The notes under the pieces: generated by a model | Told to the model about the DNA's origin: nothing | The model's database searches: none | The model's input: only the letters and a program-made list of their open reading frames with translations | Translations under genes and position numbers: made by a program | Assembly: GCA_002898535.1 (NCBI GenBank) | Contig: BEHN01000001.1 | Coordinates: forward strand, 261,564 to 325,563 | Reading direction: 5' to 3' | DNA length: 64,000 nucleotides | DNA from: a bacterium HR11 | GTDB lineage: Bacteria > Acidobacteriota > HRBIN11 | Shown here: in pieces, positions 17,213 to 27,001 of the stretch | Layout: each line of letters begins with the position of its first letter | How positions within the stretch are numbered: the stretch's first letter is position 1

Positions 17213-18610
17213 GTGGCGACGTCCGTGGGGGAAAAGTATCTGTTCGTGACGGGAAAGCTGGCGGCCCCGGCGCTACGGGCGACCCTGGCGCAGGCCCATC
17301 TGCCCTTCGACTACGAGGTCGCCGTCATGAACATCAGCGTCGCCGCCCTGATGACACCGGAGTGGATCGCCCGCTTCTTGGAAGTCCCGCCGGGCGTCAC
17401 CCGCATCATGATCCCCGGCCTCTGCAAGGGCGACCCGCAAGTCCTGACGCAGAAGTTCGGGATTCCGGCCGAGAAGGGGCCGCCGGACCTGAAGCAGATC
17501 CCGAGCTACTTCGGTCGGGCCGGCGTGCGAGAGGACTACGGAGCGTATAACATCCGTATCTTCGCCGAGATCAACGACGTCCAGCGCCTGACTCTCGACC
17601 AGATCGTGACGATGGCCGAGTACTATCGGGCCAGCGGGGCCGACGTCATCGACCTGGGCCTGGCTTTAGACCGGCCGTGGGATGAAGGCCCGGCCGTCAT
17701 CGCCGAGCTGAAGGCTCGGGGCTTGACCCTCAGCATCGACACGATGAATCCCGACGAGATCCTCCGGGCCGACGCCGCCGGCGTCGACTATGTCCTCAGC
17801 CTAAACGGGTCGAACCTTTACCTGGCCGAGCGCATCCGGGCGACGCCCGTCCTGATCCCGGACAGCCCGGGCGACTTGGCGAGCCTGGAGCGGTCGATGG
17901 CCGTCCTGGAGCGTCTCGGCAAGCCCTACCTGGTGGACCCCATCCTGGAGCCGATCAACTTCGGATTTGCCGAGAGCCTGGCCCGCTACGTCGAGGTCCG
18001 CCGTCGGCATCCCGACGTCGAGATCCTGATGGGCATCGGCAACGTCACCGAGCTGACGGAGGCCGACACGACGGGGATGACGGCCTTGCTCATCGGCTTC
18101 TGCCAGGAACTGGAAATTCATCACGTCCTGACGACGGAGGTCATCCCCTGGGCCCGGGGCGTCGTCCGGGAGACGGCCATCGCCCGTCAGTTGATGTACT
18201 ATGCCAAACGGCACGGCGTCCTGCCCAAGCATATCGACAGCCGCCTCCTGACGGTCAAGGACGCCGAGTTCATGCCCTACACGGAGGCCGAGCTCCGTCA
18301 GCTCCAGGCTCAGGTCACGGACCCCAACTACCGTATCTTCGCCGACGCCGATTGGATTTACGTGTTCAACGCCGACCGCTTCGTCAAGGGCGTGGACATC
18401 AATGAAATCTTCGACCAGCTGGAGGTCGACGAGGCGACCCACGCCTTCTACCTGGGCAAGGAACTGATGAAGGCTTACATCGCCCGGTGCCTGCGCAAGA
18501 ACTACCGGCAGGAGAACCCCCTCGACTGGGGATACCTGACGTTTGACGAACCCCGGCGGGAACATGTCAAACTGACCCAGCGGGGCAAGGCGAAGCGGGG
18601 CGTGATATAG
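17213..18610 (+). CDS. Dihydropteroate-synthase-like (pterin-binding) protein with C-terminal DUF4346-like domain, H4MPT biosynthesis type
   Basis: 465 aa starting at a GTG. Pterin-binding DHPS-like core (GADVIDLGLA ... LSIDTMNPDEI ... GVDYVLSLNG) in the fae/mtd cluster. The same architecture occurs in archaeal and bacterial methanopterin biosynthesis loci. Confidence 0.7.
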   Translation: MATSVGEKYLFVTGKLAAPALRATLAQAHLPFDYEVAVMNISVAALMTPEWIARFLEVPPGVTRIMIPGLCKGDPQVLTQKFGIPAEKGPPDLKQIPSYFGRAGVREDYGAYNIRIFAEINDVQRLTLDQIVTMAEYYRASGADVIDLGLALDRPWDEGPAVIAELKARGLTLSIDTMNPDEILRADAAGVDYVLSLNGSNLYLAERIRATPVLIPDSPGDLASLERSMAVLERLGKPYLVDPILEPINFGFAESLARYVEVRRRHPDVEILMGIGNVTELTEADTTGMTALLIGFCQELEIHHVLTTEVIPWARGVVRETAIARQLMYYAKRHGVLPKHIDSRLLTVKDAEFMPYTEAELRQLQAQVTDPNYRIFADADWIYVFNADRFVKGVDINEIFDQLEVDEATHAFYLGKELMKAYIARCLRKNYRQENPLDWGYLTFDEPRREHVKLTQRGKAKRGVI

Positions 18611-18727
18611 ACCACGGACCTCAGACCACGGAGTCGGGACCCTTGACCTGGGTCGGCCGGAGGGCCCCGTCTTGGAATGTAGCGGCCCGAGCTCCCCAGG
18701 TCAGTCTGTAGTCTGTGGGCCACAGTC
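18603..18727. repeat. Repeat family B, degenerate copy
   Basis: atagaccacggacctcagaccacggagtcggg ... cagtctgtagtctgtgggccacagtc. Confidence 0.5.
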
Positions 18728-18750
18728 TTTTTCACACCGCGAGGTGGGCC

Positions 18751-19626
18751 ATGAAGAAAATCCTCATCCAACTCGACACGGACAAGCATCCGAGCACCTT
18801 CGACCGCATCGTCGCTTATGACGCCGGGGCCGACGAGGTCCTCAGTTACGGCGGCGTCACGCCGGGCGACGTGCGGGGCCTCGTCCTGAGCGCCGTCTTC
18901 ACGCGGGGCGTGCCGGACCTGAAGACCATCGCCGTCTGGATCGGGGGCTTTAACGTCGCCCTGGGCGAGCAAATCCTGGCCGAGGTCCAGCGGTCCTTCT
19001 TCGGACCCTTCCGGGTGTCCGTCATGCTGGACTCGAACGGATGCAATACGACGGCGGCGACGGCCATCGCCAAGCTCGTCAAGGCCCACGACCTCAAGGG
19101 CAAGAAGGCCGTCGTGATCGGCCTGGGGCCGGTCGGCCTCCGGTCGGCCCTGCTCCTCCAGCAGGAGGGCTGTTCGGTCACGGTCACGTCCATCCCGCCG
19201 GACCTCCTGGGCGCTCGGTACAACCCGGAAATCGCCCGCCAGAGCTTGGAGATGGCTCGGCAGGTCCCGAACCTTACCGTCGAGGACGTTCCCGACCGGA
19301 CGGCCCTCGAGCGCTGTCTGGAGGGGGCCGAAATCGCCATCACCGCCGGTCCGGCCGGTGTCCAGCTCCTGCGTTATGACTTCTGGTCGAAGCATCCGAC
19401 GCTCCGGTGGCTGGTCGATTTCAACCTGACCGAACCCTTAGGGATCGAGGGTATTAAGCCGTCGGACGACCTGACCGAACGGGACGGCAAGCTCGTCCTG
19501 GGTCCGCTGGCCATCGGGAATCCCAAGATGAAGGTCCACAAGGCGTGCGTCGCCAAGCTCTTCGAGCGCAACGACCTCGTCTTGAACATCGAAGGGGTCT
19601 ACGCCGTCGCCCGAGAAACGGTGTAA
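18751..19626 (+). CDS. mtdB: NAD(P)-dependent methylene-tetrahydromethanopterin dehydrogenase (MtdA/MtdB family)
   Basis: Colinear with methylotroph MtdA/MtdB (ILIQLDTDKHPSTFD ... FFGPFRVSVMLDSNGCNTTAA ... KGKKAVVIGLGPVG ... KVHKACVAKLFE). The start is set at the ATG at 18751, preceded by ggtggg. Confidence 0.85.
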   Translation: MKKILIQLDTDKHPSTFDRIVAYDAGADEVLSYGGVTPGDVRGLVLSAVFTRGVPDLKTIAVWIGGFNVALGEQILAEVQRSFFGPFRVSVMLDSNGCNTTAATAIAKLVKAHDLKGKKAVVIGLGPVGLRSALLLQQEGCSVTVTSIPPDLLGARYNPEIARQSLEMARQVPNLTVEDVPDRTALERCLEGAEIAITAGPAGVQLLRYDFWSKHPTLRWLVDFNLTEPLGIEGIKPSDDLTERDGKLVLGPLAIGNPKMKVHKACVAKLFERNDLVLNIEGVYAVARETV

Positions 19627-19663
19627 GGAATCGGTGAAGTCCGACACCCAGCCCTGAGGGCTC

Positions 19664-20758
19664 ATGCGTGTCCTCGGCATCGACCCGGGTACGGTCTCCT
19701 TTGACGTATGCGGTCTGGAGGACGGCCGGGTCTTCTTGGACTTACAGGTCGCCTCGCCGGACCTGGCGGAGGACCCGTCCCCTCTGGTGGAAACTCTGCG
19801 GGCCTGCGGTCCGGTCGACCTGGTCGTGGGTCCGTCCGGTTACGGCCTGCCCCTTGTGCGCGGCGACCAGGTCGGGGAGCGGGAACTGGCCCTGATGGTC
19901 CTCGTTCGAGCCGACGACCCGACGGCGGGACAGGGCGGGATCCAGGGATTTCGCCGCATTGTGCAGGCCCTGATCGCTACCGGCCTGCCCGTTGTATTCG
20001 TCCCGGGGGTCATCCACCTCCCGACGGTCCCGGCTTATCGGAAGGCCAATCGCATCGACATGGGGACGGCCGATAAGGTTTGTAGCGCCGCCCTGGGGAT
20101 TTATGACCAGGCTCGACGCTACGAGATCCCGTACGCAGAGACGTCCTTCATCTTGCTGGAGCTGGGCGGCGCCTTCACGGCGGCCCTGGCCGTCGAGAGA
20201 GGCCGGATCGTGGACGGTCTCGGCGGCGCCTCAGGCCCCATCGGCCTGCGGAGCGGCGGGGCGATGGACGGTGAAGTCGCCTACCTCATCGGTGGGGCCC
20301 TTTCCAAAGGAACGGTCTTCAGCGGCGGGGCGGCGGACATCGCCGGAGCCGATCCGGCCACGGATATCGAGACATGGCCGGACGATCCCCGCTACCGACC
20401 GGCCTGGCGGGCGTGGGTCGAGGGCGCCGTCAAGGCCGTCCGGGCCCTGACGGCCGTCCTGCCGCGGCCTCGGGAGATCTTGCTATCGGGCCGGATGAGT
20501 GCCTTGGGACGGGTCATCGCCGAGATGACTGACCGTCTTTCCGATATCGCCCCCGTCCGGCGGATGGGCGGCTTGGCCTGGCCTGACGGGACGCCGGTCC
20601 GGGCGAAGGAGGCGGCCCAGGGGGCGGCGCTCCTGGCCGACGGCCTCGCCGGAGGTCCCTTCGAACCTCTCGTCGAGGCCCTGGAACTCCGCCGGGCTTC
20701 GGGGACCGTCCTCGATTACCTATATCTTCGGGGCGCCGAGACGATTCGCCTCCGATAG
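19664..20758 (+). CDS. DUF1464-family protein (ASKHA/actin-like ATPase fold) associated with H4MPT-linked C1 clusters
   Basis: 364 aa with an N-terminal MRVLGIDPGTVSFD phosphate-1 motif typical of the ASKHA fold. DUF1464 genes are conserved in methanopterin pathway loci. Confidence 0.65.
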   Translation: MRVLGIDPGTVSFDVCGLEDGRVFLDLQVASPDLAEDPSPLVETLRACGPVDLVVGPSGYGLPLVRGDQVGERELALMVLVRADDPTAGQGGIQGFRRIVQALIATGLPVVFVPGVIHLPTVPAYRKANRIDMGTADKVCSAALGIYDQARRYEIPYAETSFILLELGGAFTAALAVERGRIVDGLGGASGPIGLRSGGAMDGEVAYLIGGALSKGTVFSGGAADIAGADPATDIETWPDDPRYRPAWRAWVEGAVKAVRALTAVLPRPREILLSGRMSALGRVIAEMTDRLSDIAPVRRMGGLAWPDGTPVRAKEAAQGAALLADGLAGGPFEPLVEALELRRASGTVLDYLYLRGAETIRLR

Positions 20759-20804
20759 GCAGGGCCGTAAGGCGATATCGCCTCACTGCCTGACTGTCCT
20801 TCCC

Positions 20805-21974
20805 ATGGCGATTCTCCTCGTCGGTTACAGCGTCCGCATGCTTGCTGAGCTGGCCGTCCGGGCCGGCTACGACGTATTCGCCCTGGACTACTTCGGCGAC
20901 GCCGACCTGCGGGCCTTGTGTCCGGGCCTGTCGCTCCGGCACGACTTCAATGGCCAGTCTTACGACCCGAGGACGCTCGTTCGTATCGCCGCCACGCTGA
21001 GTCACCCGGCCGTCGTGTACGGGGCCAGCTTTGAAAACCATCCTGCGTTGGTCGTCCGTCTGGCCCGGGGACGGCGGCTCCTGGGCAACTCGCCGGCGAC
21101 CCTTCGGGGCGTCCGAAACCCCTTCCGTCTCGGCGACGTCTTACGGTCGGCCGGCCGGGCCTTTCCCGAGACGCTTCCGGCGGACCCAGTGAAGCGGCCG
21201 GACCCGAAGCGCCGATGGCTCCTGAAGCCCCTGCGGAGCGGCGGCGGGCACGCCGTCCGGGTCTGGTCCGGGGGTGCCGTCCCATCGGATGCCGTCTTGC
21301 AGGAATACCGTCCCGGCATGGTCGGCTCGGCCGTCTTCGTGGCCGACGGTCGGCGGGCCGTCCTGCTCGGCGTGACCGAACAACTCGTCGGCCGCCGAGC
21401 CTTCGGCGCTCGGGACTTCCGGTACTGCGGGAACCTCGTCCCGCCCCGCTTGGCATCCGACGAGCTGCGGGCCCTCATCGATGAGGCTCGGGCCGTCGCC
21501 GCCGTCCTGACCGAGGCCTTTGGGCTTCGGGGCTTGAACGGCATCGACTTTGTCTGGTCGGGGGGGCGCCTCTGGACGATCGAGGTCAATCCCCGGCCGC
21601 CGGCTTCCTTAGAGCCCCTGGAGATGGTCTACGGGTATCGGACTTTCGAGCTCCACGTGCGGGCCTTCGACGGGGACCTACCGGAATTCGACCTCGGGCA
21701 GGCCGAACGGCGGGTTTCGGCGGCGGGCAAGGCGGTCCTCTACGCGACCGAGGACGTGACAGTCGGTGATACGGGGGACTGGCCCGGGCGAGGCATTCGG
21801 GACGTGCCCCATCCGGACGAGTTCATCCCGCGAGACCGGCCGATTTGTACCCTGCGGGCGGTGGGCCCGACGCCGGCGGCGTGCTTGAACCGACTCCGGC
21901 GGCGGGCCCGCTGGATTTACTCCCGACTGGGGTGCTCCTCATTCGTAGGGCGATGGAAAAGGCCCAGGGCATAG
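20805..21974 (+). CDS. ATP-grasp domain protein (methanopterin/cofactor glutamate-ligase-like, orfY-type)
   Basis: 389 aa with ATP-grasp features (LLKPLRSGGGHAVRV ... NGIDFVW ... IEVNPRP). It sits at the 3-prime end of the fae-mtd cluster. Confidence 0.65.
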   Translation: MAILLVGYSVRMLAELAVRAGYDVFALDYFGDADLRALCPGLSLRHDFNGQSYDPRTLVRIAATLSHPAVVYGASFENHPALVVRLARGRRLLGNSPATLRGVRNPFRLGDVLRSAGRAFPETLPADPVKRPDPKRRWLLKPLRSGGGHAVRVWSGGAVPSDAVLQEYRPGMVGSAVFVADGRRAVLLGVTEQLVGRRAFGARDFRYCGNLVPPRLASDELRALIDEARAVAAVLTEAFGLRGLNGIDFVWSGGRLWTIEVNPRPPASLEPLEMVYGYRTFELHVRAFDGDLPEFDLGQAERRVSAAGKAVLYATEDVTVGDTGDWPGRGIRDVPHPDEFIPRDRPICTLRAVGPTPAACLNRLRRRARWIYSRLGCSSFVGRWKRPRA

Positions 21975-22051
21975 GGTTGGCAACACCTGACATCCCTGTG
22001 GTTTTTCATGGAATCCCGGGGTATGGGGAAAACTTGCGTCGGCCGTCTTCG

Positions 22052-22140
22052 GCGATGGCTCATGGCTCGTATTAGCTCATGGGTCATAGCTCATGGCTCA
22101 TGGTCCCATGAGCTATCAGCCATGAGCTATGAGCCAACCG
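22052..22140. repeat. Repeat family C (GCTCATGG / CATGAGCT tandem-palindromic repeats)
   Basis: ggctcatggctcgtattagctcatgggtcatagctcatggctcatggtcccatgagctatcagccatgagctatgagcc. Confidence 0.6.
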
Positions 22141-22252
22141 GAAGTGGCGTCGCAAAAGGTGATATGATGGGTCGACCGGCGGACTTGACTTGGAGGGGAC
22201 TTGGAGTATAATTGGAGGTCGATTGGCCCTCTAAGACGAGGAGGATGGGTCG

Positions 22253-22390
22253 ATGACAGGCCATCTGTGGACGACGGGGTCGGTCGTTCGGCCGTCAGGG
22301 GTTGACCCCGTGAACCGGATGGGCGTCGTGTCGCAACTCGTCCTCTCCCTGCTGTGCCTGTCTCTGCTGCTGATCTCCCCCTGGGGGTAG
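22253..22390 (+). promoter_or_regulatory. Candidate Leu/Val-rich leader peptide ORF (possible attenuator) upstream of ilvD
   Basis: A 45-codon ORF (ATG at 22253) lies 8 nt downstream of a gaggagg SD: MTGHLWTTGSVVRPSGVDPVNRMGVVSQLVLSLLCLSLLLISPWG. Its last 18 codons include 8 Leu (ctc/ctg), 3 Val and 1 Ile, and the stop codon sits inside the palindrome ctccccctgggggtagggggag. Confidence 0.3.
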
Positions 22391-22903
22391 GGGGAGAGCC
22401 GCACTCAATCATCACCACACCACATTTCGTCAGGGTCTCTCGCTTTCCATCCTCAGCGGTCGGGTCCCGCGCGGACCGTCGATGGAGCGGGTGTAGGACT
22501 TTCGGCAAAACGCCAAGGGCGGAGAGTCCGATACCCCGCTCGCCCCATCCTATCCAAGCCCCGCTCGCCTGAAAGTGGGGTCATGAGATAGACCCCGGAC
22601 CACCGACCGTTGGCCATTCGCTGAGGGGGTGGTCGCCCCGGGACGGATGCCCGCATGACGGCGGGCTCTGAATCGGATGACGCCGGCGCGACTGAGGACA
22701 CCGGACACTCCCCAAGAGGTCTCCTTCATTTCGGCCTATCGGCCCATCGGCCGACCGGCCCGACGGCCGGGCGGCCGGATGGCCGTGACCCCGCTCGGGC
22801 GAGCGGGGCTTGGATAAAAAAACTGCCCATCGGCCGACTGCCGGACTCCCGAATTCCCGGACGGCCGATCCTGAGACCCGGGACCTGATATCGGAGGCAT
22901 TGG

Positions 22904-24586
22904 ATGAAGGACACGCCGCATCGTCGGTACCGAAGCGACGCCGTCAAGCGGGGTCCCCAGTGGGCGCCCCACCGGGCCATGTATCGGGCGATGGGCCTGA
23001 CGGACGCCGACATCGAGCGGCCCTTTGTGGCCATCGCCACGTCCTGGAACGAGGCGACGCCCTGCAACATCCATCTGGACCGCCTCGCTCGGGCCGCCCA
23101 AGCGGGCGTCCGGGCCGCCGGCGGGACGCCCCGGATATTCGGGACCATCGCCGTCTCGGACGGTATCGCCATGGGTCACGAGGGCATGAAGGCCTCCCTG
23201 GTCAGTCGGGAAGTCATCGCCGACAGCGTGGAGCTGATGGTCCATGCCCATCAGTACGACGCCCTCGTCGGCATCGCCGGCTGTGACAAGAGTCTGCCCG
23301 GGATGGTCATGGCCATGGCTCGGCTGAACGTCCCGTCGGTCTTTGTTTACGGGGGTACGATCCTCCCGGGCCGCTTTCGGGGTCGGGACGTGACGATCCA
23401 GGACGTCTTCGAAGCCGTCGGGGCCTATGCCGCCGGCCAGCTCAGCGAGGCCGACCTCTATGAGCTGGAGTGCGCCGCCTGTCCGACGGAGGGGTCGTGT
23501 GCGGGCATGTATACGGCCAACACGATGGCCGTCCTCATGGAGGCCCTGGGCCTGGCCCTGCCGGGAAGCGCCACCCCGCCGGCGCCCGACCCCCGTCGGG
23601 ACGACGTGGCCCGCCGGAGCGGCGAGGCCGTCCTGCGTCTACTCGAGATGGACCTCCGGCCCCGGGACATCCTGACCCGGGCGGCCTTCTTGAACGCCAT
23701 CACGGTCGATGCGGCCATCGGGGGTTCGACCAACGCCGTCCTGCATCTCTTGGCCATCGCTCGGGAGGCCGGCGTCGAGCTGTCGTTGGAAGACTTCGAC
23801 CGCATCAGTCGGTGCACGCCCCACATCGCCGACCTGCGGCCCGGGGGCCGATACGTCATGGCCGACCTGGACCGGGTCGGCGGGGTTCCCCGACTGATGA
23901 AGGTCCTGCTGGAAGCGGGCCTGCTCGACGGGGACTGCCGGACGGTCACGGGGAAGACCCTGCGGGAGAACCTGGCCGAGTTCGTCTTTGAGGACGAGCC
24001 CCAGGACGTCATCCGCCCGGTCGAGGACCCCATCGCCCCGACCGGGACGATCTGCGTCCTGTGGGGGAACCTGGCGCCGGAGGGGGCCGTCGTCAAGCGG
24101 GCCGGCGTCCGGCGGCTGGTCCACACGGGACCGGCCCGGGTCTTCGATTCGGAGGAGGCGGCCTTTCAGGCCATCTCCCGGCGGGAGATTCGGCCCGGCG
24201 ACGTCGTCGTCATCCGCTATGAGGGCCCGAAGGGAGGCCCCGGCATGCGGGAGATGCTGGCCGTGACGGCGGCCCTGGTCGGGCAGGGCCTGGGCGAGCG
24301 GGTCGCCCTCATCACGGACGGGCGCTTTTCAGGTGCGACCCGCGGCCTCATGGTGGGCCACGTATCGCCGGAGGCCGCCGTCGGCGGGCCCATCGCTCTC
24401 CTTCGGGACGGCGACGAGATCACCATCGACGTGCCGAATCGGCGTTTGGAAGTGAAGCTGTCGCCCGACGAGATGGCGGCGCGTCGGGCCGTTTGGACCC
24501 CGCCCCCGCCCCGGTACACGCAGGGGGCCCTGGCCAAGTACGCCCGGCTGGTGTCCTCGGCGGCCGAGGGAGCCGTATGCCGCTGA
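22904..24586 (+). CDS. ilvD: Dihydroxy-acid dehydratase
   Basis: 560 aa with hallmark IlvD motifs ([12 protein letters not shown], the Fe-S ligand context [11 protein letters not shown]). Confidence 0.95.
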   Translation: MKDTPHRRYRSDAVKRGPQWAPHRAMYRAMGLTDADIERPFVAIATSWNEATPCNIHLDRLARAAQAGVRAAGGTPRIFGTIAVSDGIAMGHEGMKASLVSREVIADSVELMVHAHQYDALVGIAGCDKSLPGMVMAMARLNVPSVFVYGGTILPGRFRGRDVTIQDVFEAVGAYAAGQLSEADLYELECAACPTEGSCAGMYTANTMAVLMEALGLALPGSATPPAPDPRRDDVARRSGEAVLRLLEMDLRPRDILTRAAFLNAITVDAAIGGSTNAVLHLLAIAREAGVELSLEDFDRISRCTPHIADLRPGGRYVMADLDRVGGVPRLMKVLLEAGLLDGDCRTVTGKTLRENLAEFVFEDEPQDVIRPVEDPIAPTGTICVLWGNLAPEGAVVKRAGVRRLVHTGPARVFDSEEAAFQAISRREIRPGDVVVIRYEGPKGGPGMREMLAVTAALVGQGLGERVALITDGRFSGATRGLMVGHVSPEAAVGGPIALLRDGDEITIDVPNRRLEVKLSPDEMAARRAVWTPPPPRYTQGALAKYARLVSSAAEGAVCR

Positions 24587-24641
24587 CCCCTTCTCAGACC
24601 ATCGGGCATGGACCTGGCCCCATGCCGACGGGAGGAAGGCT

Positions 24642-26369
24642 ATGCAGATGACCGGTGCCGAGATGATCCTGGAGTGCCTCATCCGGGAAGGCGTGGAAGT
24701 CGTCTTCGGCCTGCCCGGCGGGGCGAACCTCCCCCTGTATGACGCCCTTCCCCGCTACTTTCCCCGGATCCGGCACTACTTGGTCCGGCACGAGCAGGCG
24801 GCGGCCCTGGCGGCCGATGCCTACGCCCGGGTGACGGGCCGGGTCGGCGTGTGTTTTGCGACCTCGGGGCCTGGGGCCACGAACCTCGTGACGGGCATCG
24901 CCAACGCCTGGATGGATTCGGTCCCCGTCGTCGCCATCACGGGCTCGGTCGTCCGGGGCCTCATCGGGCGGGACGGCTTCCAGGAGGCCGACATCACGGG
25001 CATCACGATCCCCATCACGAAACACAACTACCTCGTCCGAGACGTCCGGGCCATCCCCCGGGTCCTCCGGGAGGCCTTCTACATCGCCCGGTCCGGGAGG
25101 CCCGGGCCGGTCCTGGTCGACATTCCCCGGGACGTCCAGCAGGAGCGGGCCGAGTTCGAATGGCCCGAGGAGGCCCGCCCGCGGGGATACCGACCGCCGG
25201 TCGAGCCGGACCCCCGGGCGGTCGAGCAAGCCGCCCGGCTCATCGCCGAGTCGGACCGACCCCTCATCCTGGCCGGCCACGGGGTCATCATCGCCCAGGC
25301 GTATGACGAACTCCGGGAGCTGGCCGAGCGGGCCAACGTCCCGGTCATCACGACGCTTCTGGGCATCAGCGGCTTTCCGCCGGACCACCCCCTGTATCTC
25401 GGGATGCCGGGTATGCATGGAATGCACTGGAACAACCTGGCCATCTCGGAGGCCGACCTCCTCATCGCCGTCGGGATGCGGTTCGACGACCGGGTCACGG
25501 GTCGGCTCAAGGACTTCGCCCCCCGGGCCCGGGTCATCCACATCGAGGTCGACCCGGCGGAGGTCGGCAAGAACGTGCGGCCGACGGTGACCCTGCTGGG
25601 CGACGCCCGCGTGTGCCTCCGACGGCTCAACGGGGAAGTCCGCTACAAGGAGCGGTCCGAGTGGTTCGCCCGTCTGGAGGCCCTCAAACAGGCCTATCCC
25701 TCGCTGGTCTATCCCGACGACCCGGAGGAAGTCCGGCCCCAGTACGTCATCCAGAAGATTTACGAGATGACCGACGGGGACGCCTACTTCGTGACCGGCG
25801 TCGGTCAGCACCAGATGTGGGCCGCTCAGTTCTTTCGAGGCCGTCGGCCCAATTCGTTCATCACCTCCGGGGGCCTGGGGACGATGGGCTACGAGATTCC
25901 GGGCGCCATCGGCGTTCAGGTCGCCCGACCCGGCGACCTTGTGTGGGCCATCTGCGGGGACGGCGGATTCCAGATGACGTGCCAGGAGCTGGCGACGGTG
26001 GCCGAAAACGGCCTGCCCATCAAGTTCGCCATCATCGACAACGGCCATCACGGGATGGTCCGTCAGTGGCAACAGCTCTTCTACCGGGGGAACCTGGTCG
26101 CCAGCCGGCTCCGGAACCCGGACTTCGTCCGGCTGGCCGAGGCTTACGGCATCCTGGGCCTCCGGGCCGTCCGGCGGGAAGACGTCCCGGCGGTCATCGA
26201 CCGGGCCCTCCGTCATCCGGGGCCGGTCCTCATCGACTTTCGGGTCAAGCAGGACGAGAACTGCTACCCGATGGTCCCGCCGGGGGCGTCGTTACAGGAG
26301 ACCATCGGCCTGCCGGAGGAGTACAGGGCCCTGGCCCCAAAGCCATCCGCCGTGGAGGTCGAGTCATGA
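24642..26369 (+). CDS. ilvB: Acetolactate synthase large subunit (biosynthetic AHAS)
   Basis: 575 aa with a ThDP-binding motif (GDGGFQMTCQELAT ... IIDNG) and FAD-binding regions typical of IlvB/IlvI. Confidence 0.95.
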   Translation: MQMTGAEMILECLIREGVEVVFGLPGGANLPLYDALPRYFPRIRHYLVRHEQAAALAADAYARVTGRVGVCFATSGPGATNLVTGIANAWMDSVPVVAITGSVVRGLIGRDGFQEADITGITIPITKHNYLVRDVRAIPRVLREAFYIARSGRPGPVLVDIPRDVQQERAEFEWPEEARPRGYRPPVEPDPRAVEQAARLIAESDRPLILAGHGVIIAQAYDELRELAERANVPVITTLLGISGFPPDHPLYLGMPGMHGMHWNNLAISEADLLIAVGMRFDDRVTGRLKDFAPRARVIHIEVDPAEVGKNVRPTVTLLGDARVCLRRLNGEVRYKERSEWFARLEALKQAYPSLVYPDDPEEVRPQYVIQKIYEMTDGDAYFVTGVGQHQMWAAQFFRGRRPNSFITSGGLGTMGYEIPGAIGVQVARPGDLVWAICGDGGFQMTCQELATVAENGLPIKFAIIDNGHHGMVRQWQQLFYRGNLVASRLRNPDFVRLAEAYGILGLRAVRREDVPAVIDRALRHPGPVLIDFRVKQDENCYPMVPPGASLQETIGLPEEYRALAPKPSAVEVES

Positions 26370-26932
26370 GGGACGGAAACATCCGTCGCCGTCGCCACAC
26401 CGTCATCGCCCAGCTGGAGGACCGACCGGGCGCCCTCAACCGCATCGTTTCCCGGTGTCGCCAGCGGGGCTTCGACATCGAGAGTCTGGTCGTCGGCCGG
26501 TCGGAGACGCCGGGGCTTCTCCGGATGACCCTGGTCGTCGACGGCGGCATCGACGCCGAACAGGTCGTCCGCCAGTTGGGCAAGCTGGTCGACGTCCTGG
26601 ACATCCGGGACGTCTCGGACGAGGACACCCTCGTCCGGGAGATGGCGCTCATCAAGGTTCGATGGGATGCAGACCGCCGGACCCACATCACCGAGGTCGT
26701 CCGAGCCTTCCGGGCCCGGATCGTCGACGTCTCGCCGGCCTCCGTCATCGTCGAGGTCACGGGCGATGAGGGCAAGGTCGACGCCCTGGTCCGGCTCCTG
26801 CAGGACTACGGGGTCATCGAGATGGTCCGGACGGGCCGACTGGCCATGCTTCGGGGTCCGGCGCCCTCACACCCGCCGCTGGAACAACTGGAAGAGGCTT
26901 ACGAGTACTGTCCAGTGCCTCAACCCCGATAG
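26366..26932 (+). CDS. ilvN: Acetolactate synthase small (regulatory) subunit
   Basis: The ATG at 26366 overlaps the ilvB stop (ATGA). An ACT domain (HTVIAQLEDRPGALNRIVSRCRQRGFDIESLVV) is followed by the IlvN C-terminal domain. Confidence 0.9.
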   Translation: MRDGNIRRRRHTVIAQLEDRPGALNRIVSRCRQRGFDIESLVVGRSETPGLLRMTLVVDGGIDAEQVVRQLGKLVDVLDIRDVSDEDTLVREMALIKVRWDADRRTHITEVVRAFRARIVDVSPASVIVEVTGDEGKVDALVRLLQDYGVIEMVRTGRLAMLRGPAPSHPPLEQLEEAYEYCPVPQPR

Positions 26933-27001
26933 GGCTCCGTTTCGTCGGAAGCGGGCGGGGACGCCTGCGCTCCGGTAGAAGCGGAGCGATAGGAGGAGAC
27001 G

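Noticed and set aside
25613-26932. 439-aa ORF running from inside ilvB through ilvN
   Set aside because: Only the last 189 codons (from the ATG at 26366, overlapping the ilvB stop) encode the ACT-domain small subunit. The upstream part is an off-frame read of ilvB.
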